Positions 58,054 through 64,000 of a DNA stretch of 64,000 bases are shown in pieces. The stretch spans positions 846,922 through 910,921 of the forward strand of contig JAZKCY010000001.1 in assembly GCA_040387855.1 (NCBI GenBank), read 5' to 3'. Each line of letters opens with the position of its first letter. The first letter of the stretch is position 1. The notes below the pieces were generated by a model. It searched no databases. It was not told the origin of the DNA and worked only from the letters and a program-made list of their open reading frames with translations. Made by a program: the position numbers and the translations under genes. The stretch is from Patescibacteria group bacterium (GTDB lineage: Bacteria; Patescibacteriota; Minisyncoccia; Phycocordibacterales; JAKAEA01).

Positions 58054-59796
58054 TTACATTCGTTCTGGAGCTTCAATTCCTAAGAGATACATTCCGTTTT
58101 TTAGTACCCATGATACTGCTTCTGTAAGGGCAACTTTATAAGGAGATTCTGAGTCGCGCTTTCCAACGATCTTATTATTTGCATAGTAAGCATTAAATGC
58201 TCCTGCTAACTCTGTAATGTAGGTCACAATATGATGCGGCGCAAATTCATTTGCAGATCGCTCAACTACTTCTGGGAACTTATAGAGCATTCGTTCTAAG
58301 GTTCCAAGTTCATCTGGAATAGTACTTAGTTTAATCTTAGGTTCTATTCCCTCGTCTTTAGCTTTTGCTAATACTGATTTTGTTCGTACATAGGTGTACT
58401 GAATATAGGGACCTGAGTCACCCTCAAATGAAAGTGATTTTTCTGGATCAAAGATAATATCTTTTCCAACTGTCTGGCGTAAAACTGTGTATTTAATTGC
58501 AGCGATAGCTACTTTCTCTGCGATCTCTCTTTTCTCAATCTCGTGATAGTTTTTGTCTGCCATTTTTTCATAGACCATCTTTTCGATATCTTCAATAAGT
58601 GATTCACCAGTAATAACATTACCCTTTCGTGAGCTCATTTTACCTGAAGCAAATCGCATCATACCGTGGCTAAAATGTTTGGTTCGTCGCGCAATTTCTG
58701 GATATATAAATTCCAGAGTTTTAAGAATTACTTTATAGTAATCATTTTGCTCACTGGCAGTAATGACAATAGAAAGATCATAGTCATGAAGCTCAAATTT
58801 ACGCTTAGTAAGTCCCAATTCTTTAGCTTCATATGTTGGTAGCTCTTGAGAGTTGATAAACACACGGTTATGTAATCCATGCTGTTCACCAGGAAATATT
58901 ACGGCCCCTTCGCTCAACACAAACACACCTCGATCTAGAAATGCTTGAACAATAGTTTTCCCTTCTTCAGCAACTTCGCTTTCATAGAAATGATAATCAA
59001 AACGACTGCCAAGCTTTCGGTAAATTTCTTCAAAATGCTTGATACTTATCGCCCGTCCCCAATCATAGATCTCTTGTACTTCAGGATCACTTTTCTCAAA
59101 AATCTTTTTATTGAGGTCTTTTATCTCTTTTTGAGCATCTGCAGATTCTTCATAGGCATTTGAACCATACACATATGCTTTACCCAAAAAAGCCACTTGG
59201 GCACGTTCGTTAGTTTGAGGAAATTCATCACGAAGTCTCATGATTCCCCAAATACACTTTGCAACATGAAGTCCCACATCTCCACCGTATGTAGCTCGTG
59301 TTAGTTTTGCATCTTGAAAGTCAAATGCACGAGAAAGGGCCTCTCCAATAGTATTCGACATTAGGTGCCCAATATGAAATTGCTTAAATGGATTTGGATC
59401 TGTATATTCGATAATTACTTTCTTATTCCACAACTTTTTAGTTTTTCCATACCATACTGTCTGATCTAATATCTCTGTAAGAGATTCTGTAAAAAACTTC
59501 TTAGTGAGTCTGAAGTTTATAAAACCAGGATGCACAGCTTGTACTGATTCTATATAGGGATGCTTTGTTTCTTTCAACAGATCATGAACTCGAGCAGTGA
59601 TTTTTTCAGCCAAATCAAATGGGCTCTTTGAGCTTGCTCCCAAAGATTTGAAAAGCACCATAGCAATGTTGGTAGAATAATCGCCATTCTTTTGATCAGC
59701 AGGATGATCAAGCACAATAGGAGCCATATCTTTGGGAACTCCCAGAGATTCACAGGCTCTTTGTATTAGGTCTTGTAGCGTACTCTGAATAGTCAT
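58054..59796 (-). CDS. argS: Arginyl-tRNA synthetase
   Basis: N-terminal Arg-tRNA-binding domain (...GDYSTNIAMVL...), HIGH-like FHIGHLMSNTIGEAL and a C-terminal DALR anticodon-binding domain ending ...GIEAPERM. Confidence 0.9.
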   Translation of the reverse strand: MTIQSTLQDLIQRACESLGVPKDMAPIVLDHPADQKNGDYSTNIAMVLFKSLGASSKSPFDLAEKITARVHDLLKETKHPYIESVQAVHPGFINFRLTKKFFTESLTEILDQTVWYGKTKKLWNKKVIIEYTDPNPFKQFHIGHLMSNTIGEALSRAFDFQDAKLTRATYGGDVGLHVAKCIWGIMRLRDEFPQTNERAQVAFLGKAYVYGSNAYEESADAQKEIKDLNKKIFEKSDPEVQEIYDWGRAISIKHFEEIYRKLGSRFDYHFYESEVAEEGKTIVQAFLDRGVFVLSEGAVIFPGEQHGLHNRVFINSQELPTYEAKELGLTKRKFELHDYDLSIVITASEQNDYYKVILKTLEFIYPEIARRTKHFSHGMMRFASGKMSSRKGNVITGESLIEDIEKMVYEKMADKNYHEIEKREIAEKVAIAAIKYTVLRQTVGKDIIFDPEKSLSFEGDSGPYIQYTYVRTKSVLAKAKDEGIEPKIKLSTIPDELGTLERMLYKFPEVVERSANEFAPHHIVTYITELAGAFNAYYANNKIVGKRDSESPYKVALTEAVSWVLKNGMYLLGIEAPERM

Positions 59797-59810
59797 GTAA
59801 TCCTACTCTA

Positions 59811-60266
59811 CTATATTTTCCCTGTACTTCCAAAGCCTCCTTGTCCACGATCTGATTCTGAAAGTTCTTCTACTTCTTCTATCACGCATTCTTCTCGTCG
59901 CTGAATAATCATTTGGGCAACCTTATGACCGCGCTCAAATATTATTGGTTGATCACCAAGATTGATCATTCCAACCATAATTTCTCCACGATATCCTGCA
60001 TCAATAACTCCTCCAAGTGTTTTTAACCCTGATCGATGTGAAAGCCCGCTTTTATCCCAAATGAGTCCAACATATCCATACGGAATTTCCATAGCGACAC
60101 CTGTTGGAATTTGTGCTCGTTCCATTGGTTTAATTTCAATAGGAACAGATGTATATAAATCATAAGCAGCGTCCCCTACCATTGCTGTAGTAGGCATCGT
60201 TGCATGAGGATGCATTTTCTTTACTTTTAAGACTAATGGTACAAATGACATATTATTCTTCAACAA
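59811..60266 (-). CDS. dut: dUTP diphosphatase
   Basis: Conserved dUTPase motifs ...DAGYRGEIMVGMINLG... and the C-terminal RGQGGFGSTG. Confidence 0.9.
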   Translation of the reverse strand: MLKNNMSFVPLVLKVKKMHPHATMPTTAMVGDAAYDLYTSVPIEIKPMERAQIPTGVAMEIPYGYVGLIWDKSGLSHRSGLKTLGGVIDAGYRGEIMVGMINLGDQPIIFERGHKVAQMIIQRREECVIEEVEELSESDRGQGGFGSTGKI

Positions 60267-60669
60267 AAAATTCTTTAAAAAGCATATCTGCTTCTTCTAC
60301 ATTCTTATATTTTTTAAATGTTAGATACGTATTTCCACTAATCATAGCTGATGGTCGTTTACCTTCTGTTTCGCGATATAAAGCTAAAATCGGCTTCTTA
60401 TGAGCTTCTGCAAAACCAATTTCATAACCCACTCCAAGACTGGCTGTAGTTACTTCTGCAACGAGTACATCAGATTCTTTAATCCAATTTAGATCACGTT
60501 CACAAATTTGTTCATCACTAAGATCCTGTTCTCCCATTACATCAAGATCTACTTTTCCAATATGTTCCGTAAGCACAGTGCCATAAGAACCCAGCTTTTT
60601 TATGAGCTCCAAATAGAGTTCTTTATCATCACGTCCGCCACGTATTGATCCTGCAAAATATATTTTCAT
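60253..60669 (-). CDS. 2'-deoxynucleoside 5'-phosphate N-hydrolase (DNPH1/Rcl-like; nucleoside 2-deoxyribosyltransferase superfamily)
   Basis: MKIYFAGSIRGGRDD...GTVLTEH...EQDLNWIKESDVLVAEVTTASLGVGYEIGFA...KPILALY closely parallels the DNPH1 consensus (YFCGSIRGGR...VLTEHV...QDLNWL...VVVAEVTQPSLGVGYELG). Confidence 0.7.
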   Translation of the reverse strand: MKIYFAGSIRGGRDDKELYLELIKKLGSYGTVLTEHIGKVDLDVMGEQDLSDEQICERDLNWIKESDVLVAEVTTASLGVGYEIGFAEAHKKPILALYRETEGKRPSAMISGNTYLTFKKYKNVEEADMLFKEFFVEE

Positions 60670-60887
60670 TACTCTTCTTTAAATACTTCAATACAAAGTA
60701 CATTAGGATCATTAACCATAATAAGGCGGCCGTCAGTAGTATTAAATTTCGTAAACTGGCCTTGCATAATGGTAGATGAAATCACACCTTTAATAGTCTT
60801 TTTTGTTCCACCCATAAAGGTAACAATCTGGGTTGTGGTTTTCCCCTGACTTCCTGCACTTGATTTGAGATCTACTTCTTTTGCCAT
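60669..60887 (-). CDS. Hypothetical small protein (72 aa)
   Basis: ORF track entry. Its stop abuts the start of the DNPH1-like gene. Confidence 0.35.
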   Translation of the reverse strand: MAKEVDLKSSAGSQGKTTTQIVTFMGGTKKTIKGVISSTIMQGQFTKFNTTDGRLIMVNDPNVLCIEVFKEE

Positions 60888-60904
60888 ACTAATATTTAAA
60901 TATA

Positions 60905-61606
60905 TTATTTCTTAATGATTTTTTTAACTACTTTGTATACTTCATCATTTACCTGTTCAGGCAACATACATACCATACCGTCGCAGCATTCAATACGAGT
61001 CCAGTTTTTATTACTTTCAGCCAATAAAAGCGCACTAGCCCGTGAATTTTTTAGATGAATAAGATTGTCTTCAGCAACATCTTTATTACCTCCATCTAAA
61101 TACTTCTTTTTTCGCAGACTCACTTTTTTCTGTAGCCACTCTTTACTCACTTCATAGGGAACATCGAGATAAATAACTTTATCTGGCTTTGGAATACCAA
61201 ATACTTTATATTCCATAGTATCGAGCCATTTTAAAAATTCTTGCCGCTCTTTTAGATTTTCAACTTTACCAGCTTGGTGAATTTGGTTGGCACTCACATA
61301 GCGATCAGCAATTACTACATATCCTTCATCGAGCCACTTTTTAATATCCTTGCTTGATTCAAGTCGATCAGCGGCATAGAGCACTGAGGCAATACGAGGA
61401 TCTACCTCGATAAAGTCTCCATACTTTCCAGAAAGATATTCTCCAATTAATTTTCCAAAAAAGTTGTTGTAGTAACGAGGAAAATCTATAGTCTTCACTT
61501 TTACTTTCTCTTTTAAGAGTCGTTTTTTTAGTAGCCCTACCTGTGTAGCCTTTCCTGATCCATCAATACCATCTATAACAATAAATTTTCCTTTGGTTGT
61601 TGGCAT
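60905..61606 (-). CDS. tmk: Thymidylate kinase
   Basis: P-loop FIVIDGIDGSGKATQ and DRY-like ...IADRY... motifs. The length is 233 aa. Confidence 0.9.
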   Translation of the reverse strand: MPTTKGKFIVIDGIDGSGKATQVGLLKKRLLKEKVKVKTIDFPRYYNNFFGKLIGEYLSGKYGDFIEVDPRIASVLYAADRLESSKDIKKWLDEGYVVIADRYVSANQIHQAGKVENLKERQEFLKWLDTMEYKVFGIPKPDKVIYLDVPYEVSKEWLQKKVSLRKKKYLDGGNKDVAEDNLIHLKNSRASALLLAESNKNWTRIECCDGMVCMLPEQVNDEVYKVVKKIIKK

Positions 61607-61610
61607 ATGA

Positions 61611-62819
61611 TTATTTCTTTTTCTTTCTTAGGGTCTTATCTATTTTCTCAGCAATTTGAATCATATGCTTTTCAGTGCGTCCTCGAGTAGTTTCTGCAGC
61701 AGTTCCCAATCGAACACCCGATGGATCCATAGCACTTCGTGTTTCTCCTGGAATAGTATTTTTATTTACAATGATTCCTGCTTTTTCTAAACGATCACTT
61801 GCATCTTTACCTCCCACTCCCTTTCCACCAAGCCATGTATCAACAAGCACCATATGACTATCTGTTCCATCAGATACAATTCTCCATCCTCGCTTTCGCA
61901 ATTCATCTGCAAGAACCTGTGCATTTTTCACTACCTGCTTTGCATATTTTTTAAATGCTGGAGTATCAGCTTCTTTAAGTGCAACAGCTACTGCTGCAAT
62001 TTGATTTACATGAGGACCACCCTGCATACCTGGGAATACTGATTTATCAATAAGTTCTGAAATATTTTTTTGCTCACCTTTTGCATTAGCAATAGTTTTA
62101 TCAAGTCGTGAGAAAATCATTGCGCTTCTAGGGCCACGCAATGTTTTGTGTACAGTTGTAGTGACAACATCTGCATATTCAAATGGTGATGGATACGCTT
62201 CGCCAGCAACAAGCCCTGCAAAGTGAGACATATCTACCATAAGCATTGCACCTGCGGCATCAGCTATATCTCTAAACTTTTTGAAATCAATTTTTCGTGG
62301 ATACGCAGTAAAACCAGCAACAATAAGCACTGGTTTATTTTCTACTGCAATCTTTGTTATTTCTTCATAATCTAGCTGCTCAGTTTCTGCATGAACTCCG
62401 TATGGCACTTGAAGCCAAAATTTTCCAGTAATAGATACTTTATGTCCGTGAGTAAGGTGACCTCCATTATCGAGTGCCATGCCCATAATTTTTCCATCCT
62501 TGGGAACGATAGCAGAATACACAGCAACGTTTGCAGGAGAACCAGAAAGAGGCTGAACGTTTACATGCCACTGCGTAGGCTTTAACTTAAAAAGCTTGAG
62601 GGCTCGCTTTTGAGCAAGATCTTCAATTTTATCTACAAACTTTTGCCCACCATAATATCTCTTACCTGAGTATCCCTCTGCATATTTATTAGTAAGCTCA
62701 GAGCCAAGAGCTTTAAGCACATCAGCTGACACATAGTTTTCAGAGGCAATAAGATTGGTCACTTCTTTCTGACGCTTCTTTTCCCCTTCTATAAGCTTTT
62801 TTATTTCTGTATCTTTCAT
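61611..62819 (-). CDS. glyA: Serine hydroxymethyltransferase
   Basis: Conserved PLP-lysine block ...VVTTTVHKTLRGPRSAMIF... and SHMT-wide collinearity. Confidence 0.95.
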   Translation of the reverse strand: MKDTEIKKLIEGEKKRQKEVTNLIASENYVSADVLKALGSELTNKYAEGYSGKRYYGGQKFVDKIEDLAQKRALKLFKLKPTQWHVNVQPLSGSPANVAVYSAIVPKDGKIMGMALDNGGHLTHGHKVSITGKFWLQVPYGVHAETEQLDYEEITKIAVENKPVLIVAGFTAYPRKIDFKKFRDIADAAGAMLMVDMSHFAGLVAGEAYPSPFEYADVVTTTVHKTLRGPRSAMIFSRLDKTIANAKGEQKNISELIDKSVFPGMQGGPHVNQIAAVAVALKEADTPAFKKYAKQVVKNAQVLADELRKRGWRIVSDGTDSHMVLVDTWLGGKGVGGKDASDRLEKAGIIVNKNTIPGETRSAMDPSGVRLGTAAETTRGRTEKHMIQIAEKIDKTLRKKKK

Positions 62820-62831
62820 TGGTATGTAGAA

Positions 62832-63995
62832 TTATTTCTTTTCTTTAATATCCTGCAATCCTCGGCGAACATCCCAATCATCTTTATCAAGATCAGGGTG
62901 AAGCACTAAATCAGGGAGAACCTTTTTCATACCGGTATACATTTTGTGCGCCACTTCTCGAAGGGTTGCATGCACAAGTTTTCCAGAACGAAGTTCCATT
63001 GTGTACACAGCTGCTGGAAGCCCATAGGTTACTTTACATGATACATTAAAGCCCATGGCTACATAATACTGAGTAATTTCTTTTGTGGCTTTGAGCGCTT
63101 TAATAGCTGCAACTTGTTCTTTGATAAGTTGCTTTGCTTGCTTCTGAAGATCTGCTGGGAGCTGTTCTATGTACCATTCATGAAAACCAAATTTTGTAGT
63201 GAGCAACGGCATGCGGCATACTCCGTTTCGATGTCGCTGAATGTCTCTGAATGATCCGAAATCCATTAAGAATTCAAAGGTAATTCTTCCAAGTTCAGTA
63301 AGGAAATGAGGGAGATTGGTTTTTACTGGGCGCTTCTTAATCAAATCTTTGTATGGCTTCAACATATCATTCTTAATAGTAGTGAATGTTGAAAATCCTT
63401 TTGTCTTAGGAGCTTCTGTATAATATGAATACTTCTCTACTGAAAGCTTTCGGTATGCTTCCTGTTCTGGATAGGTCTTATGCCCAAAGCTATGAGCATA
63501 TTTTTCTAAGAGCTTATCATTCATTTCTTTCGCAACCTTTTGAACTTCAGGCAATGGGAAATATTTCAAAAGTGAAAGCTTGTCATGAGCCTGGCGTAAA
63601 TTTGTGTGCCATGAAAGCTGTGTTGTCACTCCTGCTGGCAAAAATCCTCGTAGGATATCAAAGACACGAGCTTTGATCGCACGTGTATATACAGCTTCGT
63701 CTTCTGTTGCTTTTCTTGGATACTTACCTCGAAGGTGTTCTTCAAGTGCAGGCTGACTTCCCAAATAGAAGTCCATCCACTTTTGCATAATAGCCTTTGA
63801 AGCTTTTGTTTTTACAGGATCAATAATTTCCTGCTTTGACATATCAATGTAGCGAGAACTTGTTTCTTGTCCTGAGTAGAGCGGCCAGTCTTGGACGGCT
63901 TTTGCTACAAGCATTGATACTCCTTCGATAAACACAGTAGTAGATCCGCAATCTGCAATAGAAGCATGGCCATACCCTACATAGTAGCGTTCCAT
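62832..63995 (-). CDS. thyX: FAD-dependent thymidylate synthase ThyX (long form)
   Basis: ...GYGHASIADCGSTTVFIEGVSMLVAKAVQDW... resembles the ThyX RxxxHxS...F.IEG.SR block and an RHR motif (DIQRHRNG) is present. It sits beside dut, tmk and glyA. At 387 aa it is longer than canonical ThyX. Confidence 0.65.
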   Translation of the reverse strand: MERYYVGYGHASIADCGSTTVFIEGVSMLVAKAVQDWPLYSGQETSSRYIDMSKQEIIDPVKTKASKAIMQKWMDFYLGSQPALEEHLRGKYPRKATEDEAVYTRAIKARVFDILRGFLPAGVTTQLSWHTNLRQAHDKLSLLKYFPLPEVQKVAKEMNDKLLEKYAHSFGHKTYPEQEAYRKLSVEKYSYYTEAPKTKGFSTFTTIKNDMLKPYKDLIKKRPVKTNLPHFLTELGRITFEFLMDFGSFRDIQRHRNGVCRMPLLTTKFGFHEWYIEQLPADLQKQAKQLIKEQVAAIKALKATKEITQYYVAMGFNVSCKVTYGLPAAVYTMELRSGKLVHATLREVAHKMYTGMKKVLPDLVLHPDLDKDDWDVRRGLQDIKEKK

Positions 63996-64000
63996 AAATT

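Overview
This 64 kb window comes from a low-GC bacterium with compact, overlapping genes; its features are consistent with a CPR/Patescibacteria-like lineage, though that assignment is uncertain. The supporting features are a eukaryote/archaeal-type IleRS, a dimeric GlyRS, many type IV pilin-like proteins, 23S rRNA insertions and a 23S-5S pair with no 16S. Recognisable housekeeping genes are secD (partial), rplJ-rplL, ftsK, recA, efp, rpsF-ssb-rpsR, tatD, metG, glyS, ileS, argS, recO and a dTMP-synthesis cluster (dut, DNPH1-like, tmk, glyA, thyX). A large cell-surface glycosylation locus spans about 4.6-21.3 kb. It holds an epimerase, a WbaP-like phosphotransferase, two pilin cassettes, GT-C-like membrane proteins, GT4 and GT2 enzymes, a SEDS protein and a pyruvyl-transferase-like protein. 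A 23S-5S rRNA pair lies on the minus strand at about 21.6-25.6 kb. The 23S carries two ORF-less intervening sequences at classical group I intron homing sites. The most striking feature is a roughly 3.8 kb island at about 26.03-29.80 kb whose GC content is far above the rest of the window. It has five orphan ORFs: two polytopic membrane proteins, two small cytoplasmic proteins and a Cys-rich small protein. Each ORF has its own near-consensus sigma70 promoter in an AT-rich intergenic region and a textbook hairpin terminator, and two have a hairpin over the Shine-Dalgarno sequence. I cannot assign a function to any island protein; it is my top candidate for a horizontally acquired or otherwise foreign, undescribed module. 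Other notable items are a duplicated 'small TM protein + pilin' cassette whose pilins carry acidic Ser-rich tandem repeats and Cys-rich tails (one ending in WWWW), an IleRS with an inserted histidine-phosphatase (PGAM-like) domain, and TGTC-N12-GACA palindromes upstream of ftsK.
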